This document shows, one piece after another, positions 52,661-61,944 of a stretch of DNA of 64,000 nucleotides. The notes beneath the pieces were generated by a model that had not been told where the DNA came from, made no database searches, and worked only from the letters and a program-made list of their open reading frames with translations. A program made the position numbers and the translations under genes. Source of the stretch: Anaerolineales bacterium (GTDB lineage Bacteria > Chloroflexota > Anaerolineae > Anaerolineales > Villigracilaceae); contig JAXLVX010000009.1 of assembly GCA_046328795.1 (NCBI GenBank), positions 11,276-75,275 of the forward strand, read 5' to 3'. Numbering within the stretch: the stretch's first letter is position 1; every line of letters begins with the position of its first letter.

Positions 52661-53910
52661 GATGCTTTCACCGCGTTATCAAAATCTTGTTTGAAGCGTT
52701 CGATGCCAGAGACCACAGCCATCGTGGAAAATTCGCCCAACGCGCACAAGCATTTGCCTTGCATTTGCTTCGCCACGTTGAGGAGCAGGTCCACATCCGC
52801 TTTGGTCGCCTGACCGCCATGAATCCGTTCGGTGAGGTGAGACATCCAATACGTGCCTTCGCGGCAGGGCGTGCATTTGCCGCACGATTCATGTTTGAAA
52901 AAGTGGACGGTCTTGTTGATGAGCCAGTCCATTGAAACAGTGTCGTCAATCACAATGATGGATGCCGATCCAAGTTCCGACCCTCGCTTACGGACTTCGA
53001 GATAATCCATAGGCGTATCAAGAATACTGTCGTCATCCACAAGAAGCAAAGAAGATGACGCGCCCGCAGGCATGATCGCTTTGACCTTGTGTGAATCTTG
53101 CACGCCGCCGCCGTGAGTGTAGATCAATTCACGGAAGGTTGTGCCAAGCGGCAGTTCATAATTGCCGGGCTTGCGCACGCGGCCCGAGAGCGAAAAGATC
53201 TTCACGCCGGGAGCGTCTGCGGTGCCCATTGTCTTATACCAGTCCGCGCCGTTCGTCATGATCATCGGCACGTTGGTGAACGTTTCTACATTATTAATGA
53301 TCGTCGGCTTATCATAGAGTCCAACCGCAGGCGGGAACGGAGGACGCACGCGCGGCTGTCCGCGTTTGCCTTCGAGCGATTCGAGCAGAGCCGTCTCTTC
53401 GCCGCAGATGTATGCGCCCGCGCCGAGATGCGTATAAAGTTTCAACGAATACTCGGTGCCAAATAATTTCTCGCCGAGATAGCCCGCTTCTTCCAACTCG
53501 GCGATCTTTGCGTCGAGCGCTTCGGCGATCTCCCAAAACTCACCGCGCAAATAAATGTATGCCGCATTTGCGCCGACCGCATAGGAACAGATCATCAACC
53601 CTTCCAAGAATTGGAACGGGTTGCTCTCCATGATCTCGCGGTCTTTGAACGTGCCAGGCTCGGACTCGTCCGCATTGGCGACCACGTAGTGGGGCCAGTT
53701 CTTGTTATCAATGAAGGACCACTTCATGCCGGTCGGGAAGCCCGCGCCGCCGCGTCCGCGCAGACCGGAGTTCTTGACCACGTCGGTCACTTCGTTGGGC
53801 TTCATCTTTGTAACCGCGTTCTTGAACGCGGCAAGTCCGCCGTTCTTTTTATAGACGGAAAGTTGGTCGAGGTCGGGTATTTCGCGGTGACGTAAAAGGA
53901 TGTGCGCCAT
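52657..53910 (-). CDS. nuoF: NADH-quinone oxidoreductase subunit F
   Basis: GLRGRGGAGFPTGMKW, NADESEPGTFKDR, GAYICGEETAL and ESCGKCTPCREG. Confidence 0.98.
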   Translation of the reverse strand: MAHILLRHREIPDLDQLSVYKKNGGLAAFKNAVTKMKPNEVTDVVKNSGLRGRGGAGFPTGMKWSFIDNKNWPHYVVANADESEPGTFKDREIMESNPFQFLEGLMICSYAVGANAAYIYLRGEFWEIAEALDAKIAELEEAGYLGEKLFGTEYSLKLYTHLGAGAYICGEETALLESLEGKRGQPRVRPPFPPAVGLYDKPTIINNVETFTNVPMIMTNGADWYKTMGTADAPGVKIFSLSGRVRKPGNYELPLGTTFRELIYTHGGGVQDSHKVKAIMPAGASSSLLLVDDDSILDTPMDYLEVRKRGSELGSASIIVIDDTVSMDWLINKTVHFFKHESCGKCTPCREGTYWMSHLTERIHGGQATKADVDLLLNVAKQMQGKCLCALGEFSTMAVVSGIERFKQDFDNAVKAS

Positions 53911-54413
53911 TACTTCGTCTCCCCCACTACATTCTTCATCGCATGGATCAATTCCATTGTCTTCTCTACCGTCATATTCTCGTGATACTTGATTCCCTCG
54001 GGTCCCTGCGTTTGGAACATGGGAGCCTTATCGCACGCGGCGAGGCAAGTGACCGCTTCAATCGTGGCTGCGCCGTCGGATGTCGTCTCGCCGACTTTGA
54101 TGCCGAGATTCGCGCACAGATCGTCTGTGAATTTTTCCGCGCCGCGCAGGGCGCAAGGCAAGTCGGTGCAAACCTGAATTCGATATTTGCCTTCTTTTTG
54201 CTCGTGATACAACGTATAAAAGCCGACCACTCCCGCCACTTCCGTCTCGGTGATGTCGAGTATCTCGGCAATGTCCTGCATAGCGGCTTTATTGATATAG
54301 CCTTCCTCGCGCTGGGCAAGGAAGAGCAGAGGCATCAACGCCGAACGCCTGCCCTCCGGCGGATACTTGGAAAGGATTTGCTTGACTTCTTTTGGATATT
54401 TCTTTGATAGCAT
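53910..54413 (-). CDS. nuoE: NADH-quinone oxidoreductase subunit E
   Basis: VCTDLPCALRG and CLAACDKAP. Confidence 0.95.
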   Translation of the reverse strand: MLSKKYPKEVKQILSKYPPEGRRSALMPLLFLAQREEGYINKAAMQDIAEILDITETEVAGVVGFYTLYHEQKEGKYRIQVCTDLPCALRGAEKFTDDLCANLGIKVGETTSDGAATIEAVTCLAACDKAPMFQTQGPEGIKYHENMTVEKTMELIHAMKNVVGETK

Positions 54414-54434
54414 AATATTTGATACTCATCTTTG

Positions 54435-54504
54435 AACCGCTAAGCCCGCCAAGAGCGCAAAGATCATTTTTTCATCTTTGCGTTCATTGCGCTCTTCGCG
54501 GTGA
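54435..54504. repeat. Inverted 9-mer array in the nuoD-nuoE spacer
   Basis: CCGCTAAGC CCGCCAAGA GCGCAAAGA T..ATCTTTGCG TTCATTGCG CTCTTCGCG G. Confidence 0.85.
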
Positions 54505-54509
54505 AAATA

Positions 54510-55748
54510 TTATCGGTCAATATCTCCTAGCACGATATCAATAGAAGCAAGGATCGCTACAAGGTCAGCTACGAGATGTCCTTGCACCATCTTGTTGATC
54601 GCAGAGAGGTTGTCGAACGAAGGTGTTCGCATGTGCACGCGGTGCGGCTTGGGTCCGCCGTTGCCTTCGAGATAGACGCCCAGTTCGCCGCGCGGCGATT
54701 CAACCGCGCAGTAGATCGAAGCCTTCGGCGCAGGGAAACCTTCCGTCCATAACTTGAAGTGATGGATGAGCGCTTCCATGCTCACGCCGATCTCCGCGCG
54801 CGGCGGTACGACGAACTTCCGATTCGAGCTTTGCACGGGCTGGTTCGGCAGTTTCTTCAATTTCTCCAACCCCTGCTCTACGATCTTCAACGACTCGCGG
54901 AACTCTTCGATATGAACAATGTAGCGGGCAAAGGTGTCGCCTTCGGTGCGGACGGGGACGTTGAAATCGTATTGTTCATAACCCATATAAGGGCGCGCTT
55001 TTCGCAAATCCCAATTCACGCCGGAAGCGCGGAGCGTGGGACCCGTCACGCCGTGCGAAAGGGCGGTCTTCGCGTCAAGGAAGCCGATGCCAACCAGACG
55101 GTCGAGAAGAATCGGGTTCTTCGTCAACAGCGCTTCGTATTCATCAACACGCTTCGGGAAAATCTTGATGAACTCACGAACGGCAGAATCGAACTCAACG
55201 GGCACATCGCGCCAGACGCCGCCGGGGCGGAAATACGTGGTCATCATGCGTTGACCCGAACACAGTTCGAGAATATCCATGATGTATTCGCGCTCGCGAA
55301 AGCAATACAGGAACATGGACATCGCCGCGAGGTCGAGGCCGAACGCGCCCATGAAAACGAGATGCGAGGCGATACGCTGTAACTCGGTGATGATCACGCG
55401 GATCACTTGCGCGCGCTCAGGCACATCGAGGTCAACCAATTTTTCGACCGCCATGCAATACGCGAGGTTGTTTCCCGTCGTGTTCATATAATCGAGTCGG
55501 TCGGTCATCACTTCGGCTTTGAGGTACGTCTTGGATTCCATGTTCTTCTCGACGCCGGTATGCAAATAACCGATGTCGGGAATCGCGTTGATGACCGTCT
55601 CGCCATCGAGTTCGAGCAGTAAGCGCAACACGCCGTGCGTGGACGGGTGCTGTGGGCCCATGTTCAACAACATGGTCTCGCCTGTCAGCGCGCGCTCGGA
55701 TACCAGATGTTTGTATTGTTCGTAACTGACTTCTTCGAGTTGTGCCAT
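54510..55748 (-). CDS. nuoD: NADH-quinone oxidoreductase subunit D
   Basis: NMGPQHPSTHGVLRL, DRLDY, ESPRGELG and DIVLGDIDR. Confidence 0.98.
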   Translation of the reverse strand: MAQLEEVSYEQYKHLVSERALTGETMLLNMGPQHPSTHGVLRLLLELDGETVINAIPDIGYLHTGVEKNMESKTYLKAEVMTDRLDYMNTTGNNLAYCMAVEKLVDLDVPERAQVIRVIITELQRIASHLVFMGAFGLDLAAMSMFLYCFREREYIMDILELCSGQRMMTTYFRPGGVWRDVPVEFDSAVREFIKIFPKRVDEYEALLTKNPILLDRLVGIGFLDAKTALSHGVTGPTLRASGVNWDLRKARPYMGYEQYDFNVPVRTEGDTFARYIVHIEEFRESLKIVEQGLEKLKKLPNQPVQSSNRKFVVPPRAEIGVSMEALIHHFKLWTEGFPAPKASIYCAVESPRGELGVYLEGNGGPKPHRVHMRTPSFDNLSAINKMVQGHLVADLVAILASIDIVLGDIDR

Positions 55749-55767
55749 TTTTTATTCTTCTTAATTC

Positions 55768-55814
55768 GTAGTGGCGACTTCAGTCGTCCGCTTGACGATT
55801 GAAATCGTCACTAC
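55768..55814. repeat. GTAG-headed REP doublet, family 1, in the nuoC-nuoD spacer
   Basis: GTAGTGGCGACTTCAGTCGTC..GACGATTGAAATCGTCACTAC. Confidence 0.85.
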
Positions 55815-55815
55815 G

Positions 55816-56331
55816 TTATTCTTTCGCGTAAATCTTCTTTAGATCAATATCATCGTAATTGAACGTGAACTGCGGCTCCTCATAACCCAGCGGGAAATCT
55901 TTGCGAAGCGGATGATCTTCCATCCCTTCGGGAGTCAAAATACGTCTTAGATCGGGATGACCCGTGAACTCGATCCCAAACATGTCGAAGACCTCGCGCT
56001 CGCGCCAATTGGCGACATCATACACGCCCGCCGCACTCGGGACTTTGAGCTGGTCGCTGTTTACTGCGACTCTCAACTGCACCGTGTTATTCTGCGCCAG
56101 CGACGACAGTTGATAGATCACATGAAAACGCGGCTCAACGTGTTGTTCGTAATAATCCGTCGCAGTGAGCGCGGAAAGCAGTTCAAATTCAAATTTGTCG
56201 CGCAAAAGAGTCAACGCATCCACGATGTTTTCCGCTTTGACGAAGACATGCACTTCATCGCGGAACTCTTCGTGGGTTACGCCAAACTTTTCCTGCAACG
56301 ACTGAACGATCTTTTCGAGTTTCTTATCCAT
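55816..56331 (-). CDS. nuoC: NADH-quinone oxidoreductase subunit C
   Basis: ANWREREVFDMFGIEFTGHPDLRRIL and HPLRKDFPL. Confidence 0.97.
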   Translation of the reverse strand: MDKKLEKIVQSLQEKFGVTHEEFRDEVHVFVKAENIVDALTLLRDKFEFELLSALTATDYYEQHVEPRFHVIYQLSSLAQNNTVQLRVAVNSDQLKVPSAAGVYDVANWREREVFDMFGIEFTGHPDLRRILTPEGMEDHPLRKDFPLGYEEPQFTFNYDDIDLKKIYAKE

Positions 56332-56341
56332 AGCAAACACC

Positions 56342-56367
56342 GTAGTGCCGACTTAAGTCGGCGTTAC
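56342..56367. repeat. Collapsed GTAG REP overlapping the nuoB stop codon
   Basis: GTAGTGCCGACTTAAGTCGGCGTTAC. Confidence 0.75.
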
Positions 56368-56835
56368 GAATTTATCAGCCTTCACCTTTTCATACAGCGT
56401 CACCACGCCGTGGATCAACGCCTCAGGGCGCGGCGGGCAGCCCGCCACATACACATCCACCGGAATGACCTCGTCCACGCCTTGCAGAATTGCGTAATTA
56501 TTGAACACGCCTCCGCATGAAGCGCAGTCCCCCATCGCGATCGCCCATTTCGGCTCAGGCATCTGATCGTACAAGCGGCGCACCACAGGCGCCATCTTGC
56601 GCGAGACGCGTCCCGCCACGATCATCAAGTCCGATTGACGCGGGCTGGCGCGCATCAATTCCATACCGAAGCGGCTCATATCGAAATGCGAAGCCTGCGC
56701 CGCCATCATCTCGATCGCGCAGCACGCGAGACCGAACAGCATGGGCCACATCGCGTTCGTGCGAGACCAGTTAACCAGCTCTTCCAGTTTTGTCGTGACG
56801 ATCCCCATGTCGCCAAGTTTTTGTTCTACTCCCAT
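56353..56835 (-). CDS. nuoB: NADH-quinone oxidoreductase subunit B
   Basis: [18 protein letters not shown] and GCPPRPEAL. Confidence 0.98.
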   Translation of the reverse strand: MGVEQKLGDMGIVTTKLEELVNWSRTNAMWPMLFGLACCAIEMMAAQASHFDMSRFGMELMRASPRQSDLMIVAGRVSRKMAPVVRRLYDQMPEPKWAIAMGDCASCGGVFNNYAILQGVDEVIPVDVYVAGCPPRPEALIHGVVTLYEKVKADKFVTPT

Positions 56836-57179
56836 TCGAGGGCTCCTTTCTTCCACGCATATACATACCCCACTAGCAATATCACAATAAAGACGATCAT
56901 CTCGATCAAACCGAACAAACCGAGTTGGCGAAACACGATCGCCCACGGCAAAAAGAAAATAACTTCGATGTCAAACAAGATGAACAACACCGCGATCAAA
57001 TAAAAACGGACGGGCATTCGGCGCGTCCCTTCGCCGTAGGGGGTCATGCCCGATTCATACGGCATGGATTTGGACGCAGACGGTTTTTTCGGTCCGAATA
57101 AATTCCCCAAGCCAATTGCGATCAAGGCAACGAGGGTTGCCAATACGATCATCAGCGTTATTGCAACGTATTCCAACAT
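56826..57179 (-). CDS. nuoA: NADH-quinone oxidoreductase subunit A
   Basis: [22 protein letters not shown] and WKKGALEW. Confidence 0.97.
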   Translation of the reverse strand: MLEYVAITLMIVLATLVALIAIGLGNLFGPKKPSASKSMPYESGMTPYGEGTRRMPVRFYLIAVLFILFDIEVIFFLPWAIVFRQLGLFGLIEMIVFIVILLVGYVYAWKKGALEWE

Positions 57180-57364
57180 TTCGATTCCTCAAACGCCCTT
57201 CAGTGGACGATGTTTATTGGGTTCACGACAGTATAACATAAGAGTTTTGAAAGTGCCACTTTTCACAAGAGGCACGATGAATCACGTGACTCGGCAGGCG
57301 TCTGCGCAATGGAGGATTCGGGGAGATCGTAGTTGAAATCGGAAGTGTGCAAGTACAATTTTTT

Positions 57365-59161
57365 TTACGGCAATACAAGAAATGGAACTCCCCAAGTGTC
57401 AAGAGTTAGTAAATAAGGACGTTCACCACTGGGCAAAATATAATAAATTCCACGGTCTCGATAAGTGGCTTGATAGACAATAAAACTACCATCTGGCGAC
57501 CATAAAGGCATCTCGCCATAAGCAATTTCCTTTTCCTCACTACCGTCCGCATTTGCCACACAAATTATATCGCCTGCCGCTCCACACTCGAAGACAATTT
57601 GTGAATTGTTTGGTGAAACCTGCACAGAAGAATCTTCTGCATAAATCGTGTCATTCATCTCAATATGAATAACATCTGTTCCATCTGCGTTCATTCGATA
57701 TAGACCACTTGCTCCATTTCGATTTGAAACAAAATATATTGTCGCGCCGTCGTGAGCATATGTCGGAGCATAATCGTCCCTAAGACTCATTGTCAAGTAC
57801 TTTGTTTCAAAATGAACTAAGTCAACCATCAGCACATCAGCATTACCATTGACTTTTACAATAACAAGAATAGATTTACCATCAGGCGACCAAGTTGCAA
57901 TTTCTCCCTCATCAGAAATTTTTTGCATTTGATTTTTGGAAATTTCTATCAACCAAACTCCCTCATCGTAGGTAGAAAGGGCGAGTCTTTCGCCATCAGG
58001 CGACAGCGAAAGATCGGCGCGTCTAAATTTATCGTTCAACAATAGCTCTGTTACAATCTCGGTCTCCATATCGAGAATACAAACGCGCACGAGGTCAGAA
58101 TCGAGAGAGGGGCTACAATGAAAAACAATTCGGCTACCGTCTTTGGATGGCGACAAGTATCGCAATAAGTATAAAGGATAACGGTCAGGATCCAACTCAA
58201 CTGCACGAACCGGATACCCCATTCCCTTTACCAAGCGCAAGTCAAGAACCCCTTTATCCTTATTTCGGGCAACGTAAGCAATTCGAGTGGGTGTGTGACC
58301 ATAATTTGCATAAAAGGAAAATAAATACCAACACGAAGTAATCAGCAGCATCAATAATCCGATTTTTAGGATTAGTGAGACAATTGTATTAAAAAGGCTT
58401 TGATTTCCTGTTTGCTCCAGCAGCGCTCTTTCTCTATGAACGAAATTCGCGCTTTCTAACTTCAATTCTTCGTCTGATTTTTTACTCATCTTAATGGTTT
58501 GAATACCCATCACAATCAGAAAACCTGCCCAGTTTGAATAGTCTCCAAACCAGCTATTCAGGAATAAGCCAATAAAGACACCCCCCGCGAGCACGAAAGA
58601 TAGGACACCCGCTAGATATACAATCTTCCGCCAGTTTAAAACTGTTGACCCCAGATAAATAAGGATGTTTCCGCCATCGAGCCGTCCGACGGGAAGCAAA
58701 TTAAAAACAGCAAGGGTCAAATTAAATTTTGAGGCAACCTGAAAATCGCCCATCGAGGTCGCATGCGCCAGCAAAAGAAAAAGCGCTGATAACAGCAAAT
58801 TGCTTAATGGTCCTGCGAATATCATAATTGCATACTTAATACGTTGCCCTCGACTCATTTCAGATAAAGTAAGTTCAGAGAAGGGTACGAAAAATCCGCC
58901 GAACAACCAAATAGTAAGGGTGCCGCTACCAAGACCCAACCAGCGGCAAGTCAATGCGTGCGCAAGTTCATGTATTCCAATGCTCAACAACAATAACGAA
59001 ATATATAAAATCAGTCTGTCAGGTTGAACCCAAAATAAACCAAAAAACCAGAGAAAAAACGACAAGTGGATATATAGTGGTAAACCTAGCAGATCTCCAA
59101 GGCGAAATCGCCATGAAAATTCTGAAGTGGATTTGTTGTCAACCTTTATCTCAGCCTGCAT
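57365..59161 (-). CDS. M50 site-2 protease fused to a TolB-like (PD40) beta-propeller, AT-rich
   Basis: HELAH, AGPLSN and FNLLPVGRLDGG; then LSPDGERLA, WSPDGKSI, YFVSNRNG and WSPDGSFI. Confidence 0.85.
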   Translation of the reverse strand: MQAEIKVDNKSTSEFSWRFRLGDLLGLPLYIHLSFFLWFFGLFWVQPDRLILYISLLLLSIGIHELAHALTCRWLGLGSGTLTIWLFGGFFVPFSELTLSEMSRGQRIKYAIMIFAGPLSNLLLSALFLLLAHATSMGDFQVASKFNLTLAVFNLLPVGRLDGGNILIYLGSTVLNWRKIVYLAGVLSFVLAGGVFIGLFLNSWFGDYSNWAGFLIVMGIQTIKMSKKSDEELKLESANFVHRERALLEQTGNQSLFNTIVSLILKIGLLMLLITSCWYLFSFYANYGHTPTRIAYVARNKDKGVLDLRLVKGMGYPVRAVELDPDRYPLYLLRYLSPSKDGSRIVFHCSPSLDSDLVRVCILDMETEIVTELLLNDKFRRADLSLSPDGERLALSTYDEGVWLIEISKNQMQKISDEGEIATWSPDGKSILVIVKVNGNADVLMVDLVHFETKYLTMSLRDDYAPTYAHDGATIYFVSNRNGASGLYRMNADGTDVIHIEMNDTIYAEDSSVQVSPNNSQIVFECGAAGDIICVANADGSEEKEIAYGEMPLWSPDGSFIVYQATYRDRGIYYILPSGERPYLLTLDTWGVPFLVLP

Positions 59162-59183
59162 TTTGTCACCCGGATGTATATTT

Positions 59184-59411
59184 CTACTTTCGAAGTATGC
59201 GAATTACCATATTCACTACAACCGTCAACACTACCGACACCAAAATCGAAGTCGTGATGGGAAAATAAAACGACCCGTTCTCGCCCTCGATGCGGATATC
59301 GCCAGGCAAACGTCCCAGCGGCAAGCCGAATTTCGCGGCGAGATACACTCCTCCGCCGATGAGGAAGAGGACGATTCCGCCGAGCATCAAGTAACGAGCG
59401 ATGGATTCCAT
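59184..59411 (-). CDS. DUF2905 family small membrane protein
   Basis: LGRLPGDIRIE..FYFPITTSIL. Confidence 0.9.
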   Translation of the reverse strand: MESIARYLMLGGIVLFLIGGGVYLAAKFGLPLGRLPGDIRIEGENGSFYFPITTSILVSVVLTVVVNMVIRILRK

Positions 59412-59421
59412 ACTCAAATTA

Positions 59422-59514
59422 TGTCATTGCGAAGGCGATGCTCTTCGCCTGAAGCAATCTCCACTTTTGCGAGGGGATTGCTTCGTCGGCAACGAACGCC
59501 TCCTCGCAACGACA
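59422..59514. repeat. TGTCATTGCGAG-type large palindrome
   Basis: TGTCATTGCGAA..GAAGCAATCT..GGATTGCTTCG..CTCGCAACGACA. Confidence 0.85.
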
Positions 59515-60534
59515 TCACAACAACCTCGGCTGACCCTCTTCCACGTAATCCAACCCCAAATGCTCATACGCGGACTTGGTGGCGACGCGTCCTTGCGGGG
59601 TGCGGTCTAAAAATCCGAGTTGCAAAAGATACGGCTCGACCACGTCCATGATCGTATCTTGCTCTTCGCTGATGGACGCGGCGATCGTGTTCAAGCCGAC
59701 GGGTCCGCCGCCGTATTTTTCGATGATCGTTTTCAGCACGCGCCGATCCACATCGTCGAGTCCGAGCGGATCAACTTGCAACAAGTCCAACGCTTCTTTC
59801 GCCACTGCGGACGTGATCGTCCCATCCGCGCGGACTTGGGCGAAATCGCGGACGCGGCGCAGGAGTCTCAGCGCGATGCGCGGAGTCCCACGCGCCCGCT
59901 TCGCAACTTCCCTGATACCTGATTCGTCTGCGGACACTTTGAGCATCCCTGCGGCGCGCGCGACGATCTGCCGCATGGCTTCGATGTCGTAATAATCCAA
60001 ACGATAGACCGCGCCGAAACGCGCGCGCAACGGCGCGGTGACGAGAGCGAGTCGAGTGGTGGCGCCGACGACGGTAAAGCGAGGCAGTTTGAGGCGTAGA
60101 GAACGAGCCGAGGGTCCCTTGCCGATGACGATATCCAACGAGAAATCTTCCATCGCGGGATAAAGCACTTCCTCCACTGCGCGTCCGAGGCGGTGAATTT
60201 CGTCAATGAAGATCACATCGCCCGCGCGGAGGTTGGTGAGGATGGCGGCGAGATCGCCCGCGCGTTCGATGGCGGGACCCGCAGTGACCTTGACGTTGAC
60301 GCCCATCTCGTTGCCCAACACATGCGCGAGCGTGGTCTTGCCCAAGCCAGGCGGACCGTAAAACAAAACATGATCCAACGCCTCGCCGCGATGTTTCGCC
60401 GCGTCAATGAGGATCGAAAGATTCTCTTTCACTTGATCCTGACCGATGAGGTCGGCTAGTTTTTGCGGACGCAAGGCGTTGTCCACGCGGTCGTCGGGTT
60501 TTGATTCGGGGTCAAGAGGGCGGGGCTTGGGCAT
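59515..60534 (-). CDS. ruvB: Holliday junction branch migration helicase RuvB
   Basis: [35 protein letters not shown] and RTPQGR. Confidence 0.98.
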   Translation of the reverse strand: MPKPRPLDPESKPDDRVDNALRPQKLADLIGQDQVKENLSILIDAAKHRGEALDHVLFYGPPGLGKTTLAHVLGNEMGVNVKVTAGPAIERAGDLAAILTNLRAGDVIFIDEIHRLGRAVEEVLYPAMEDFSLDIVIGKGPSARSLRLKLPRFTVVGATTRLALVTAPLRARFGAVYRLDYYDIEAMRQIVARAAGMLKVSADESGIREVAKRARGTPRIALRLLRRVRDFAQVRADGTITSAVAKEALDLLQVDPLGLDDVDRRVLKTIIEKYGGGPVGLNTIAASISEEQDTIMDVVEPYLLQLGFLDRTPQGRVATKSAYEHLGLDYVEEGQPRLL

Positions 60535-60549
60535 GGAGGGATTATAGCA
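60535..60549 (-). promoter_or_regulatory. Extended -10 box 6 nt before the ruvB ATG (leaderless candidate)
   Basis: TG-C-TATAAT-ccctcc-ATG with no SD. Confidence 0.6.
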
Positions 60550-60615
60550 AATAAAAAGGGCGACCATCAGGTCGCCCAACAGAATTTTATCTCGTGGGAA
60601 AGTATAAAAACCTCA

Positions 60616-60671
60616 GCCACGATTGCACGGATTGGTTTTAAAATTTGTGAAATCCGTGTAAATCCGTGGCA
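60616..60671. repeat. Inverted 9-mer array
   Basis: GCCACGATTG CACGGATT..AATTTGTGA AATCCGTGT AAATCCGTGGC. Confidence 0.8.
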
Positions 60672-60677
60672 AAGACC

Positions 60678-61844
60678 TTATTCCAACGGTTCGAACACAA
60701 CTTGAACGGTCATCCCCCACTTCAGGCGCGGATCAACATTATGCGCCACGATGCGCACGGTGTAGATCACGTCGCCGCCTTGCAACACGGATGACTGGCT
60801 GATCTCGGTGACGACGCCATTCATCGTCACGCCAAGCAACGCGTCGGCGGTAAATGTGACGTTCTGCCCGACAGCCAACTTCACCACTTCGAGTTCGGTC
60901 ACATCCGTTGTTTCGATCACCCATGCGGATGTATCCGCGACACTCACGATTCGATTCTCAGGAGAAACCTGCTCGCCCGCTTTGACCGCCACCTCAGCGA
61001 CGACCCCGTCGAACGGCGCGGTGAGAACGTAATTGGAAAGATTCGCTTGCGCCGCCGCGACTTGCGCCTCCGCGTTGTTCAAACGAGACGTGGCAAGCGC
61101 AAGTTGATCCTCGTTCACGCCGCCAGCAGACGTTTCGTATTGATACTTCGCTTCGGCTTCGGTCCCAAGCGCGGTATCCAACGCGGCGCGGACGGTATCG
61201 CGTTCGCGCGTGATCTCATCCAGTTTGCGAAGCGCTTCGTTGTAATCTTCCTGCGCGGTTTCGAGAGCGTCTTCGGCGGTCACGCGTTTGGAATTATCTT
61301 TATCCAAATCTTTGTATTTATCGAATTCGTCTTTCGCGTCTTGCAGATCGGCGTCTCTATCTTCCACTTCGGCTTTGGCGTCTTCGATGCGGTCTTCGAT
61401 GCTGTCCACGTTCAACGCTTCCCAATCGCGTTCCGCTTTTGCCCGCGCTTCTTGCGCGTTCATGTACGCCGTCCATGTGGCGGCGAGGTTGGCGGAGCCG
61501 TTGCGGTTCAACGAGTCCAACGCTTGTTCCGCGCCGACCAGTTCGAGATTCGCGGCGCGGAATTGCGCTTCCGCGATGCTGGCATTCGAGAGCCTTGCCA
61601 ACTCGTCGCCTCTCTTCACTGAATCGCCGATCTTCACATTGACCTCATCCACGATGCCGAACGCTTGAAACGTGAGATTCACCGCGTGGACGGGTTCGAG
61701 CCTGCCTTCCGCGATCACGCTGTCAGGGGCGATGACGGTATCCGAAGCGGGAGCAGGCGTCCCTGCGGCTTGATTCGCGCATGCGGTCAGGATCAGCGCG
61801 GCGATCAGAGTGAACATCCAAAAAGTTTTTGTTTTGTATTTCAT
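60678..61844 (-). CDS. HlyD-family membrane fusion lipoprotein (efflux adaptor)
   Basis: Lipobox LTA-C, VKIGDSVKRGD, long coiled coil, LTAPFDGVV and LKWGMT. Confidence 0.9.
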   Translation of the reverse strand: MKYKTKTFWMFTLIAALILTACANQAAGTPAPASDTVIAPDSVIAEGRLEPVHAVNLTFQAFGIVDEVNVKIGDSVKRGDELARLSNASIAEAQFRAANLELVGAEQALDSLNRNGSANLAATWTAYMNAQEARAKAERDWEALNVDSIEDRIEDAKAEVEDRDADLQDAKDEFDKYKDLDKDNSKRVTAEDALETAQEDYNEALRKLDEITRERDTVRAALDTALGTEAEAKYQYETSAGGVNEDQLALATSRLNNAEAQVAAAQANLSNYVLTAPFDGVVAEVAVKAGEQVSPENRIVSVADTSAWVIETTDVTELEVVKLAVGQNVTFTADALLGVTMNGVVTEISQSSVLQGGDVIYTVRIVAHNVDPRLKWGMTVQVVFEPLE

Positions 61845-61874
61845 TGCATCCTTCTTTCTGTTTTCAATAATTCC

Positions 61875-61941
61875 GTAGGGGCGAGGTGCTCTCGCCCCGT
61901 TTGTTTGATTCAAATATCGGGCGGGGAAACCCCGCCCCTAC
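61875..61941. repeat. GTAG-headed REP doublet, family 2
   Basis: GTAGGGGCGAGGTGCTCTCGCCC..GGGCGGGGAAACCCCGCCCCTAC. Confidence 0.8.
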
Positions 61942-61944
61942 ATG

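Noticed and set aside
42148-57179. Non-canonical complex I with a second NuoM or lacking the NADH module, as known in some Chloroflexota
   Set aside because: A single nuoM and a full nuoEFG are present, in canonical A-N order
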